From positions 1 to 38,930 of the IMG/VR virus record IMGVR_UViG_3300031825_000045: 38,930 nucleotides of DNA. One strand, 5' to 3'. Shown here in pieces: positions 22,668 to 32,270 of the stretch. The translations under genes were made by a program, and so were the position numbers. The number at the start of each line of letters is the position of its first letter. Within the stretch, counting starts at the first letter, position 1. The notes under the pieces were generated by a model, which did no database searches, was not told the DNA's origin, and saw only the letters and a program-made list of their open reading frames with translations. The DNA is from a virus.

Positions 22668-25412
22668 CTAGCGCACCGCCTGCACGTCGAGGAAATCGAC
22701 GTCGACGACGCGGCTCGCCGTCGAACGCGAGAAGGCGGCAACGACGGGCGTGAGGTCGACGCTGTTGCGCACCGCGGCCGCCATCGCCGTGCCGACCACG
22801 GCGTTGTTGCGCCAGAAGGTCGCCGCGCCCGCGGTCGAGATCTCGATCCGCCAGGTCTCGTAGGTCGCCGCCGTCGGCGCGGTGCCCGCGTTCTGCTTGG
22901 TGGCGTCGACGTCGTTGGCGACGCCGACCAGCCACCAGTTGTCGGTGGCGGCGTTGGTGTCGAACAGGACGCCGACCGCGTCGGTCGCGTTCGAGGTCAG
23001 CGCGTCGGCCGCCGCCAGCGTGAACGGCATTTCCAGCGTGCCGACCTGGTCGGTGAAGCCGACGAACACCGCCACGTTGGTGATGGCGTCCATCTTGACG
23101 CGCGCCTCCAGCACCAGCTTGCCGTTGGCGCAGCGCCACACCAGCGCCTGCTCGAGCTGCACGCCGTTGGTCGCCATATCGCCGGCGGCGTCGTCGCCGG
23201 TGGTCATGCGCATGGCGCCACCCGTCTGGGCGTTGAACGCCGGCGCGACCACCTGCGGGTCGGTGCCGGATTGGCTGCCCCATTTGGCGTCGAGGGTGTC
23301 GCCGAGGAAGTCGTCGAACAGGCGGATACGGGCGGAATGGGCCAGCTCCAGCGGCCGCCATCCGGTGTTGGTGCCGCCGGCGAGGATGGTGCCGCCGCTT
23401 TCCTTGATGTAGAGCTGCCGGCCCTGGCCGCCGCCCTTTTTGATGTAGAGCGAGCCGGGACCGGCGTAGATATCGCCCTCGGGGTCGACGGTGCCGACCT
23501 GCACGGTGAGGAAATTCAGGTAATCGTAGAAGTCGCAGGAATAGGCGTTGCCGCTGCCGACGCGGTTGCCGACGGCGCGGATATTGGCGCCGAGGGTCGC
23601 GCCGCCGCTGACCGTGACGCCGATGTTGAGGAGATCGCAGCCCGAGATGGCGATCTCGTCGATCGTCACCGCCGAAGCCGCATAGAGCAGGATCGAATGC
23701 TGCGTCCAGTCGCGAGCGTAGACGCCGGCGATCGTGCCCTTGTAGCTGGTGTCGAGGAAGATGCCCTTGTTGCCGACGCTGTTGCCGTCGAGATACATAT
23801 TGGCGAGGGAGAAGCCGAGCGTGCTCGCCAGGGTGACGTAGTAGTAATCGGCCGAGCCGCTGCTCGAATAGGCCTTGCCGTCGAGCCCGTCGACGACGAG
23901 GCCGTTGGCGGACACGGCGTAGAGCGCACGGCCGACGTCCTTGCACGACACGCCGGTGACGACGTTGTTGGTCGGATTAACGCCGCTGGCGGCGCTGATC
24001 GAGATGCCGATGTTGGCGCCGATCTGCGCGCCGTCGCAGAACACGCCGTTGACGACGTTGCGCTGCGAGCCCGCCAGCTCCAGGCCGATGAAGCTCTGGC
24101 CCTGGCAGACGCTGTTGGTGATGACGCTGTCGTGGACCTGGGCGTGGCTGATGCCGTAGGTGCCGCCGATCGCCACGTTGCCGGAGACGGAGGCGTTCTT
24201 CGAGAACCAGATCTCGATGCACAGCGTGCCGGTGGTCGTCGAGGCCGGGTAGCGCACCCGGTTGCCGCGGATGACGGGGCCGATCAGGACGTTGCTGCTG
24301 GTGCCGCCCCAGATCTTCAGGCCCTCGCCGGCGATGGTCGCGGCGGCCTCGGCCGAGCGGTCGACGACGTTGTCCTCGACGCGCACGCCATGCACGCTTT
24401 GATTCGTGGCAAGCTGCAGGAAGGCGCCGTCGCTGGAGACGTCGGTGATATAATTGCGCCGCACGATCAGGCGCGGGCAGTTGTCGGACGCATAGATGCC
24501 GCGGCCCTTGCAGCTCGTGATCGTCAGGTCCTCGATCGTCACGTCCGACGAGCCGGTGCTGACGCCGATGCCGGTGCTGGCGGTGACATTGGCGCGGTTG
24601 CCGTCGATCGTGCCGGGGCCGGAGATCCGCACGTTCGATCCGGCGACGGCGATCAGGTTGCCGTTGAGGGTGCTTTTGGCCTTGAGCGTCGCGCCTTTGA
24701 GCAGCTCGAGGTGCATCGCCCCGTCGACGGTCAGCGCGCCGGTCGGATAGGTGCCCTTGGGCACGATCAGGCGCAGGCCGTTGGCGTCACAATAGTCGAT
24801 CGCCGCCTGCAGGGCGGCGGTGTCGTCGGTGGCGCCGTCGCCGAGGGCGCCGAAGTCCTTGACCGAGAGAATGTCGCCGAAGTGCTGCGTCAGCGCGCGC
24901 GCGGCGCTGCCGCCCTCGGCGGTGACCGAGGTGAGATCGATGACGGAGGAGAACAGCGTCGGCGCGCCGGTCACCGAATCGAAGCCGAGATACTTGCCGA
25001 AGCGCGTGGCGAAGGACGGCAGATCGTCGATCGGCGCGGTGTCGGTGACCGGGAAGCGGAGGGTGCGCGAAAGCGCGGCGTCGAGCTGCTGCGTCAGGAT
25101 CGCGACGCGGTCGATGGCGGCCATGGTGTTGGCGGCCGGGAACTTGCCGGTATCCTCGAGCAGCGTCGGCTGGGTGTAGGGCACGTCGCGGTCGATGACG
25201 ATGGCCGCATCGGCCGCCGGGGCCGTGGTGAAGACGACGTTGCCGCCGGCGGCGACGTCGATGCCGCTGACGCTGTAGCCCGACGTCTGCAGGACGGCGT
25301 TGACGTAGACCTTGAGATCGGTCGAGGCGTAGATCCGGTTGGTGTAGGCGAACGTATCGGTGACGCCGTCGCCGGTGTAGGCCCAGCGGTTGGTCGAGGA
25401 CGAGACGGTCAT
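22668..25412 (-). CDS. Tail fibre/tailspike: T7 gp17-like N-terminal adaptor, pectate-lyase-type beta-helix and lectin-like C-terminal domain
   Basis: The N-terminal NRWAYTGDGVTDTFAYTNRIY...VFTTAP matches the podoviral fibre N-domain. SVKDFGALGDGATDDTAALQAAIDY is the pectate-lyase-3 type start of a beta-helix. The C-terminal LFDDFLGDTLDAKW... resembles a jelly-roll domain. Confidence 0.85.
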   Translation of the reverse strand: MTVSSSTNRWAYTGDGVTDTFAYTNRIYASTDLKVYVNAVLQTSGYSVSGIDVAAGGNVVFTTAPAADAAIVIDRDVPYTQPTLLEDTGKFPAANTMAAIDRVAILTQQLDAALSRTLRFPVTDTAPIDDLPSFATRFGKYLGFDSVTGAPTLFSSVIDLTSVTAEGGSAARALTQHFGDILSVKDFGALGDGATDDTAALQAAIDYCDANGLRLIVPKGTYPTGALTVDGAMHLELLKGATLKAKSTLNGNLIAVAGSNVRISGPGTIDGNRANVTASTGIGVSTGSSDVTIEDLTITSCKGRGIYASDNCPRLIVRRNYITDVSSDGAFLQLATNQSVHGVRVEDNVVDRSAEAAATIAGEGLKIWGGTSSNVLIGPVIRGNRVRYPASTTTGTLCIEIWFSKNASVSGNVAIGGTYGISHAQVHDSVITNSVCQGQSFIGLELAGSQRNVVNGVFCDGAQIGANIGISISAASGVNPTNNVVTGVSCKDVGRALYAVSANGLVVDGLDGKAYSSSGSADYYYVTLASTLGFSLANMYLDGNSVGNKGIFLDTSYKGTIAGVYARDWTQHSILLYAASAVTIDEIAISGCDLLNIGVTVSGGATLGANIRAVGNRVGSGNAYSCDFYDYLNFLTVQVGTVDPEGDIYAGPGSLYIKKGGGQGRQLYIKESGGTILAGGTNTGWRPLELAHSARIRLFDDFLGDTLDAKWGSQSGTDPQVVAPAFNAQTGGAMRMTTGDDAAGDMATNGVQLEQALVWRCANGKLVLEARVKMDAITNVAVFVGFTDQVGTLEMPFTLAAADALTSNATDAVGVLFDTNAATDNWWLVGVANDVDATKQNAGTAPTAATYETWRIEISTAGAATFWRNNAVVGTAMAAAVRNSVDLTPVVAAFSRSTASRVVDVDFLDVQAVR

Positions 25413-25576
25413 TGCTTGTCTCCGCCGGTGGTGATTTCCTTGATGCCGTTCACCGTCTGATCGGTCAGCTCGGCGATCGGCTTGGTGACCGAGCGAGTGA
25501 CGTCGAGGGCGATCTCCACCGGGGCGGTGACGACCCTGGCGATGTCTGCGGCAATTCCGAACAGCGACTTGAACAT
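25409..25576 (-). CDS. Small ORF, 55 aa (not in the supplied ORF track)
   Basis: MFKSLFGIAADIARVVTAPVEIALDVTRSVTKPIAELTDQTVNGIKEITTGGDKQ. RBS AGGAGG lies 4 nt before the ATG. Its stop overlaps the fibre start as ATGA. Confidence 0.65.
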   Translation of the reverse strand: MFKSLFGIAADIARVVTAPVEIALDVTRSVTKPIAELTDQTVNGIKEITTGGDKQ

Positions 25577-25584
25577 GGGGCCTC

Positions 25585-28500
25585 CTATTGCAGCGTCGGC
25601 GCGTTACCGGAGCCGCCGCCGGCCGGGGCGGCGGCGGGGCGCGGGGCGCGGAGCTGCTGCGCCTTCGATTGCAGCGACGAGGTGATCAGGGCGCGCAGGT
25701 CGGGATCGCCGGCGATCAGCTTCTCCTTGGCGTCCATGCGGAACCTCGAGATGACGTCCTTGACGATCTGGCCGCGGAGGTCGTCGCCGGCGGCGGCGTA
25801 GCGTTGCGAGATCGCTCCGGCGCGGCCCTCGATCACGGCGTCGAGGTAATCGTGGGCGCCGATCGGCTGGGCGACGCCCGGGACCGACAGCTTGAGTTCG
25901 TTGCCGGCGAGCGCGATCAAACGGTTCTGCTGCTCGGGCGACAGCTTGATCTGGAGCGACACGCCGCCGCGGGAGAAGTCCTGCACCTGCTTCGGCGGCA
26001 TCGCCTCCAGCTTCATGCGGGCGATCTCGCGGTCGGCGGCGGTGCCCTTGTCGCTGGAGAAGCGCGCCGGCACGAAGATGCCGTAGAGGCCGTTCTCGTC
26101 CTTGATCGGCTGCCCCCACAGGTCGAGACGCGGCGGCAACGACGACGACAGGCCGGGGATGCGCGCCTGGATGGCTTCGAGCCAATTGCTGGCGCGGCGG
26201 ATCTCGGGGTCGACCGCGCGCTCGATCGCGGCGATGCCCGACGGCACCACCGACGACACCGTGCGCTGGATCCAGCTCTCGCCGTAGCGGGTCGGGTCCG
26301 ACAGGGCGTCGACCAGGCCGGCCAAGCCCGACATCCACGTCTTCGACAGGATCGCGCCGGCGAACGGCATCGTCACCGAGGCGGCGACCGAATCGTCGAC
26401 CGGCGTGCCGTCGATGTTGAGGGTGTCCTTCTGGCGCGTGTAGACGCCGGTCAGCAGCTCGGTGGCGTCGGCGGCGAGGCCGATCAGCATGCCGAAGGTG
26501 CCGGAGCGGTTGTAGCCGATCCACCTGTCGCCGACGTGGATCGAGTAGGGCTGCCAGCCGGTGCGGGCGAGGTCGGCGCGCAAGGCCGGGTCCTTCGGGC
26601 CGACGCCGCTGACGCGGCCGGACAGCGTCAGGTCGGCGAACGCGGCCATGATGGCGGAGCCCGAGGCGATGCGGGCGAGGGCCGCGTCGCGCGCGGCGCC
26701 GCCGGCGGCGATGTCGGACATGACCGACGGCGACAGGAACGCGAGCGGCGTGCGGGCGAAGCTCCAGCGCATCAGGTTGACCGGCGTGCGCAGGAACGGA
26801 ACGATGACGCGGCCGACCGGCAACTTCACGTCGGTGCCGGGGATCGGGATGTTGGCGGCATCGACCATCTGCGCGAAGAACTTGGCCGAGCCCTCCAGCG
26901 GCTGGTTGTAGGTGCCCTTGATCGCCTGGGCCTGGGCCGCCTCCGACAGCCAGTCGGGCATGTCGTTGAGGAGCTGCGTCGCATAGGCCTGGGCCTCGGG
27001 GCCGGCGAGGCCCTGGTCGATCGCCGCCTTGCGCCAGGCGAGCGCCGCCGCCTCGCCGCGGAAGTTCATGGTCTTGGTCAGCTCGTCGCCGGCGGCCATC
27101 AGCCGGGTCGGCATCAGCATCTTGAGCCAGTCGGCGAACTGCCGCGTGGGACCGGAGGTCAGGAGATCCTCCGATGACGGCAGGGGCGCGTTGGCGTTGA
27201 CCGGCAGCTCCGTCCGCTGCGGCATGCGGTATCGGCTTTCGCCGGTCTGCATCGTCCGCCAGGCGAGGCGCAGGCCGTCCTTGAAGCCCTTGGCGATGCC
27301 GTAGAGCCGCGCCGTCGCCTCGCCCTCGGCCACGTTGCCGCCGAACTTGGAGGCGAACCAGGTCTCGGGCACCTGGTAGAGCGTCGTCACCGACGTGTCG
27401 CCGACGTTGGCGACGTGGGTGGCGGGATTCGACAGCAGGATGTTCGACCACGCGAAGGTGAGCTTGTCGCGGGTCGTGGCCTTCGGCAGCTCCTCGAGGA
27501 ACCTTTGCACCTCGGCCGGATCCTTGAGCGAGGCGATCTTGGCGGCGAAGTCGAGCGAGACGGCGTTGCCGCCGGTCTCGTCGATCATCTTCTGCAGCGC
27601 CTTGACCATGTCGGGCTCGGACTTGCGCAGCGCGTTGTGGATCTGCAGCGCGCGGGCGATGTCCGACGATTGGCCCTTCGCCTCGCGCAGGATGCCGTAG
27701 GCCATCTGCGTCGCGGCGTTGAGCCGGGCGATGTCCTCGGGCGCCCCGGTCGCGGCCGCCCGGGCGCCGAGCTCGGGGAGCTGCGCGGCGGACGAATGGA
27801 CCAGCATCCACTTGGCGGCGATCTGGCGCGCGTCGAGGGATGCTGGGTCGCCGACGTCGAGGCCGAGGGCCCGGGCGCGGGCGAGCGTCTCCTCCATCGG
27901 GATCGACTTCGCCGGCGGCAGCAGCTTGGAGAGGTCGCCGATCGCCTGCTTGATCCGGTCGGGCCCGTCGAAGCGGTCGAGGTTGACCTGGATCGGCGCG
28001 TCGGGAACAGTGCCGGCGAGGAACTTCGCCGCCTTGTCGGCGAACTGGCTGTTGTCCTGGGCAGCGAGCACGATCGGCGGAGTCGAACGGGCGGCCAGAG
28101 CGCGCGTGTTCAGCACCGCGATCTCATCAGGCACATTGAACAGCTTATTGGCGTCGCGCATGCGAAACACGACCGCGTCGGCACCCTCCTTTGTTGCCGC
28201 GGCTATCTCTCGGGCCTTGATGTCGGCGAGGGTCCCGGAACTCAGATCTTTTGACGTGTATTCGACCGACCTGATTTTTTTGGCATCGAGCGAGAACTCT
28301 TTGACGACGTCACCGTCCGCCATCTTGGCGAACTTGCCCGCCGATTCTCGCGACGTTGTCACCCAAAACGCGGGCTCATTAGTGATGCCTGATACAGCCC
28401 CCGCGCGGGCGAGGTCAGGAGGGCCTGAGAAATCCACATTCGTGCCGTGGTAAACGGCGGTCCCCGACGGAAGGTCGCCCTCGAGCATGATCGATTTCGG

Positions 28501-29694
28501 AATGACCTTCGGGACCGAGCCGACGGAGGGAACCGCCTCGGCGCCGCCGGCCGTTGGGGCGGGTGTCCCAGCGCCGGGTTGCACCCCGGCGCCGTTATGA
28601 AGCGCGGCGCGCAGCACCTGGAACGCCTTGAGGACGCCGTCGGTGGCCGCCTGGAGGCCGGCGGTCTCGAGGCCGGCCTTGAGGCGGGCGAGCAGCTCGG
28701 GGTCGTCGGCGTTCGCCTTGAGGAAGTCGGTGAGCGGGTTCGGCGCGACGCCGTCGATGACGTTCGACAGCCGCGGCGCGCGCGGATCGAAGCCGGTGGC
28801 GCCGGCGCCGAAGGCGTCGAGGATCTTCTTGTAGGTGCCGGCCGGCACGCCGAGCGCCTTGCTGACCTTGCCGACCAGCGCCTGCGAGGTCAGCCACTGG
28901 GCGGTGAACTCGACCGTCTTGCCGGTGCCCGAGGCGCGCTCGGCGAACAGCTGCGGCAGCTGCGCGGCGGCGTCGCCGGGCTGGAATGCGGGATCGGTCT
29001 TGCGGATCTCGGCGATCAGGTCGAGCGGGCCGCCCTTGATGGCGTCCGGGGCGTTGTCGTAGAGCCAGCCGGCGAACGCGCCGACGGTGTTGGCGGTTTC
29101 GTTGACCGCCGTCGTCGCCCCGCGCACCACCGAGCCCGGCGTCTCGATGGCGCCGCGGGCGAGGTCGCCCGAGACCGCGTCGGCCACCGGCCCGTAGCGC
29201 ACGACGCCGGCTGCGATGGGCCCGAGCCAGCGGCCCCAGGCGGTGTTGGGATCGAATAGCCGCCCCTGGTTGTTCTGGCCGGCGTCCTGCGGCGGCGTTT
29301 CGCCGGACGGCGCGCCGGACCCAGCCGGGGACGACGGGTTGGTGGGCGGCGCCGTCCCCGGCTGAGAGATGAGGCTGTCGAACCAGGCGTCGGGGCTGGC
29401 CGCCTGGGCCTGGGCCTGGCCGCGCTCGGCGGTGTAGCGGGCGCCGAGGTCCTGATCGGGCACGTCGAGCGAGGCCTTCATCAGGCGCGGCGCGTTGCCG
29501 CCGGCGCCGGCGTCCGTCGCCAGGCTCTGCAGCGTCGACGGCGGCCCCCCCTTGGCGACGTCGATCGTCACCGCCGAGGGCTCCGGCGGGCCGCCGAGCG
29601 CGACGCGCGGATCGTTGAGGATGCTTTCTCCACCCGGCGAAGAAAGGGTTGGTGCGGCGGCTTCCTGAGCCGGGCGCTTATTGTCGGCGGCCAT
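25585..29694 (-). CDS. Large internal virion (ejection/core) protein, T7 gp16 position, 1369 aa
   Basis: It is the third and largest of three consecutive genes between tubular protein B and the fibre. It has a low-complexity Pro/Ala/Gly N-terminus. No transglycosylase motif was seen. Confidence 0.75.
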   Translation of the reverse strand: MAADNKRPAQEAAAPTLSSPGGESILNDPRVALGGPPEPSAVTIDVAKGGPPSTLQSLATDAGAGGNAPRLMKASLDVPDQDLGARYTAERGQAQAQAASPDAWFDSLISQPGTAPPTNPSSPAGSGAPSGETPPQDAGQNNQGRLFDPNTAWGRWLGPIAAGVVRYGPVADAVSGDLARGAIETPGSVVRGATTAVNETANTVGAFAGWLYDNAPDAIKGGPLDLIAEIRKTDPAFQPGDAAAQLPQLFAERASGTGKTVEFTAQWLTSQALVGKVSKALGVPAGTYKKILDAFGAGATGFDPRAPRLSNVIDGVAPNPLTDFLKANADDPELLARLKAGLETAGLQAATDGVLKAFQVLRAALHNGAGVQPGAGTPAPTAGGAEAVPSVGSVPKVIPKSIMLEGDLPSGTAVYHGTNVDFSGPPDLARAGAVSGITNEPAFWVTTSRESAGKFAKMADGDVVKEFSLDAKKIRSVEYTSKDLSSGTLADIKAREIAAATKEGADAVVFRMRDANKLFNVPDEIAVLNTRALAARSTPPIVLAAQDNSQFADKAAKFLAGTVPDAPIQVNLDRFDGPDRIKQAIGDLSKLLPPAKSIPMEETLARARALGLDVGDPASLDARQIAAKWMLVHSSAAQLPELGARAAATGAPEDIARLNAATQMAYGILREAKGQSSDIARALQIHNALRKSEPDMVKALQKMIDETGGNAVSLDFAAKIASLKDPAEVQRFLEELPKATTRDKLTFAWSNILLSNPATHVANVGDTSVTTLYQVPETWFASKFGGNVAEGEATARLYGIAKGFKDGLRLAWRTMQTGESRYRMPQRTELPVNANAPLPSSEDLLTSGPTRQFADWLKMLMPTRLMAAGDELTKTMNFRGEAAALAWRKAAIDQGLAGPEAQAYATQLLNDMPDWLSEAAQAQAIKGTYNQPLEGSAKFFAQMVDAANIPIPGTDVKLPVGRVIVPFLRTPVNLMRWSFARTPLAFLSPSVMSDIAAGGAARDAALARIASGSAIMAAFADLTLSGRVSGVGPKDPALRADLARTGWQPYSIHVGDRWIGYNRSGTFGMLIGLAADATELLTGVYTRQKDTLNIDGTPVDDSVAASVTMPFAGAILSKTWMSGLAGLVDALSDPTRYGESWIQRTVSSVVPSGIAAIERAVDPEIRRASNWLEAIQARIPGLSSSLPPRLDLWGQPIKDENGLYGIFVPARFSSDKGTAADREIARMKLEAMPPKQVQDFSRGGVSLQIKLSPEQQNRLIALAGNELKLSVPGVAQPIGAHDYLDAVIEGRAGAISQRYAAAGDDLRGQIVKDVISRFRMDAKEKLIAGDPDLRALITSSLQSKAQQLRAPRPAAAPAGGGSGNAPTLQ
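28090..28497 (-). other. Lower-GC insert domain (aa about 400-535 of the 1369-aa protein) with ADP-ribosyltransferase-like H-(Y/F)-E motif order
   Basis: VYHGTNVDF ... AFWVTTSRESAGKFA ... VPDEIAVLN. The surrounding nucleotides are visibly more AT-rich than the rest of the gene. Confidence 0.4.
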
Positions 29695-29697
29695 CGC

Positions 29698-31293
29698 TTA
29701 ACGGCCCCCCTGGCCGGACTTGGGTTTCACCGGCGGCTGCGCGGCGATGATGTCGCTCCAGCGCTTGAGCACGCCCATCTCGCGGTCGTAGTCGGGCTGG
29801 GCGATGGTGCCGCCGTCGCGCAGCGCGCGCAGGCGGGTGCCCATCGCCTTGACGTCGTCGGCGGTCGCGGGCGCGCCGAGGCCGTAGCCGAGGGCCGGCG
29901 GCGCGGTGGCCGTGCGGCCGTACTTGGCGACGATGTCGTCGGCGACCGTCCACGGGTCCTCCTTGCGGTCCTTGACCCGGGCGATGAACTCGCGCTGGGC
30001 GCCGGCGAGGCGCTGGGCTGTGTCCTCGTCGAACGAGAACGCCAGCTTGTCCTTGCCGAGATAGGTGCCGATGTACTGGTAGGCGTTCTTCTCGTTGTCG
30101 GTGTGCCAGTCCTCCTTGCCGGCGGCGTCGCGGCGGCGCTGGTTCTCGGCCAGCATGGACGCGGCGGTCGGGCCCGACAGGCTGTTGCCGGTGGCGGCGA
30201 GCACGGCATCGTGGACGTCCTCGCCCTTGAGCATGCGGTCCTGCAGATCGACCACGGTGCGCGGATCGTCGACGCCCGAGAGGGCGCGGCCGCGCACGGC
30301 GCGGATCGCGTTCAAGCCCTCGGGCGAGATCTCCTGGCGGCCGACCTTGTCGGCGAGGTCGACCTCGCTCACCGCGTTGGGATCGCTCTGCGCCTGGGCG
30401 ATCAGCGCCGCCTCGTTCTTCGCCTGCGTCGTTCTGAGGGCAAGGGCGGCCTGGCGCTCGGCGCGGTCGCCCGAGGCGATGCGCTCGCGGGCGAGCGCGT
30501 CGGCGCGGGTCTGGCCGGTGCGGATCAGGCGCTCCTGCTGCACCGCGTCGAGGTTGGGATACGCGCCGGACTGCAGCTCGGCCACCGCGCCGTTGACCGC
30601 GCTCTCGTCGCCGTTGAAGCGGCCGAGCACCTGGGCCTCGTCGATCTGGCCGAGGAATTTCTTCTGGCGCTTCTGCGCCTCGACCGGGTCGATGACGCCG
30701 AGCGCCTGCATGCGGTCGATCGCCATCGTCCCCTGGTCGATCGCCGCCTGGCGCGCCACCGGGTTGCCGGCGTGCACGGCGAGCGGCACCAGCGTGTCGA
30801 GGGTGTCGAGGTTCTGCGCGTCGGCCGACTTGACCAGGTTCTCGCGCGCCTTGGTGCGGACGTCGAACTCGGCGGTGGTCGACAGCGTGTCGAAGTGCCT
30901 CTTGAAGGCGAGGCCGACGTGGCCGGCGCCGAGCTGGCCGGCGTAGCGGTCGCGGATCGCGGCGGCGTCCTTGACGAAGGCGTCGGGGGCGGCGCTCCAG
31001 TCGACCGGCTGGGCGACCGTGTTGCCGTTCTCGTCGGTCGTCGTCTTCGGCTGCAGCGCGCCGAACTTGAGCGTCAGCAGGTCGCGCTGGGCGGACGACA
31101 GCGTCTCCTGCAGCTTCTGCTCGTCGGCGGCCATCTGCAGCTTGCCGGCCACCGCCGTGGTGACATCGGCAACCTGGCCGAAGCCGCGGGCGATGGTCGC
31201 GCCGACGACGCCGGCGGCGGCGACGTCGCCGCGTGCCTGGCCGCCCTGGGTCGGGATTCCCGCTTGCCTGTTGTAGATAGGAACTACCGGCAT
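29698..31293 (-). CDS. Internal virion protein, T7 gp15 position, 531 aa
   Basis: Assigned by synteny (second core gene). Composition is helical and A/Q/D/R-rich. Confidence 0.65.
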   Translation of the reverse strand: MPVVPIYNRQAGIPTQGGQARGDVAAAGVVGATIARGFGQVADVTTAVAGKLQMAADEQKLQETLSSAQRDLLTLKFGALQPKTTTDENGNTVAQPVDWSAAPDAFVKDAAAIRDRYAGQLGAGHVGLAFKRHFDTLSTTAEFDVRTKARENLVKSADAQNLDTLDTLVPLAVHAGNPVARQAAIDQGTMAIDRMQALGVIDPVEAQKRQKKFLGQIDEAQVLGRFNGDESAVNGAVAELQSGAYPNLDAVQQERLIRTGQTRADALARERIASGDRAERQAALALRTTQAKNEAALIAQAQSDPNAVSEVDLADKVGRQEISPEGLNAIRAVRGRALSGVDDPRTVVDLQDRMLKGEDVHDAVLAATGNSLSGPTAASMLAENQRRRDAAGKEDWHTDNEKNAYQYIGTYLGKDKLAFSFDEDTAQRLAGAQREFIARVKDRKEDPWTVADDIVAKYGRTATAPPALGYGLGAPATADDVKAMGTRLRALRDGGTIAQPDYDREMGVLKRWSDIIAAQPPVKPKSGQGGR

Positions 31294-31302
31294 ATGGATT
31301 TC

Positions 31303-31764
31303 TTAAGCGCTCATGTAGTAGGCGCCCTTGGAGGCGCCAGAGAGAAGCGAGGTCGCCGCCTGGTAGCGGCTGGCCGTCTGCAGCAGCGAGCCCTGCATGC
31401 GGTCGAGCGCCGCCTGCGAGCGGGCGCGCGCCTCGGCGACCGAGCCCGAGTAACGCGTCGCCAGCGCGTCGAGCTCGTTCAACCCGGCGGTGTTCGCCTC
31501 CACCAGCAGAGGCGAGCCGGTGGGCTGCACGCCAGCGGCGGCATAGCCGGCGCGCTGTTTCGACAGCAGGGCGGTGCCCGCCTCGCGCAGGCGCGTCTCC
31601 TCGAACGCGGCGGAATTGCGCGCGGCCATGGCGTCGGCCTCGGCCGCCTGGGCGTTGGCCTCGGCCATCTTCTTCTGGGCGTTGCCCTGCTGGATCGAGC
31701 CATAGGCCGAGATCGCCGTGGCGGCGGCGGTGGCGATCCAGAAGGCGGCGGGGAGCGCGGCCAT
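31303..31764 (-). CDS. Internal virion protein, T7 gp14 position, 153 aa
   Basis: N-terminal hydrophobic segment AALPAAFWIATAAATAISAY followed by an Ala/Gln/Glu-rich helix. Assigned by synteny. Confidence 0.6.
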   Translation of the reverse strand: MAALPAAFWIATAAATAISAYGSIQQGNAQKKMAEANAQAAEADAMAARNSAAFEETRLREAGTALLSKQRAGYAAAGVQPTGSPLLVEANTAGLNELDALATRYSGSVAEARARSQAALDRMQGSLLQTASRYQAATSLLSGASKGAYYMSA

Positions 31765-32270
31765 CAGGCGGCCTCCCCGGCATGTTCGGATGCCGCCGTC
31801 TCACACGTCGGCTCGCGCCGAACGGGCAGGGCTGGCGCAGCGGCCGCCCGCGAGGGCGGCGAAAAATGGGAATATATAATCGCGTCGCCGCCGTTCTGGA
31901 GCCAGCCGCGGGCGATGCCGTCGGGCTCGAAGCCGAGCCTGCGCGCCCAGACCATCCCCGGATAAAAGTCGATCGAGACGTCGATGGCGATGCGGTGCAG
32001 GCCGCGGGCGTGGGCGCGATTGAGGATCGTCGCCGCCTGGGCGGTGATGGCCGGCCAGGCGCGCCATGGCACGTCGGGGGCGAAAATCGCCCAGGCGGTG
32101 CCGCGCCAGGCCGTTTCGGCGACGATGCCGGCGCAGCCGATCACGCGCAGGCCGGCCAAGCCGGTCCAGGTCAGGCCCGGGTTGTCGAGCGCCAGGGCAT
32201 AGCGCGGATCCATGTCCGGCGGCACCAGGCCGCGCAGGTGCTCGGGACGGTAGGGCACGAACTCAACCAT
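31764..32270 (-). CDS. GNAT-like acetyltransferase-fold protein, 168 aa, at the T7 gp13 position
   Basis: VIGCAGIVAETAWRGTAWAIF...HRIAIDVSIDFYPGMVWARRLGFEPDG reads as a GNAT core pattern. RBS GGAG upstream. It overlaps the stop of tubular protein B by 8 nt. Confidence 0.5.
   Translation of the reverse strand: MVEFVPYRPEHLRGLVPPDMDPRYALALDNPGLTWTGLAGLRVIGCAGIVAETAWRGTAWAIFAPDVPWRAWPAITAQAATILNRAHARGLHRIAIDVSIDFYPGMVWARRLGFEPDGIARGWLQNGGDAIIYSHFSPPSRAAAAPALPVRREPTCETAASEHAGEAA

Noticed and set aside
22668-25412. Diversity-generating retroelement (variable region in the fibre), expected from the BPP-1-like head module
   Set aside because: No reverse-transcriptase-like ORF exists anywhere in the window. 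I saw no roughly 100-150-bp near-repeat of the fibre 3-prime end.
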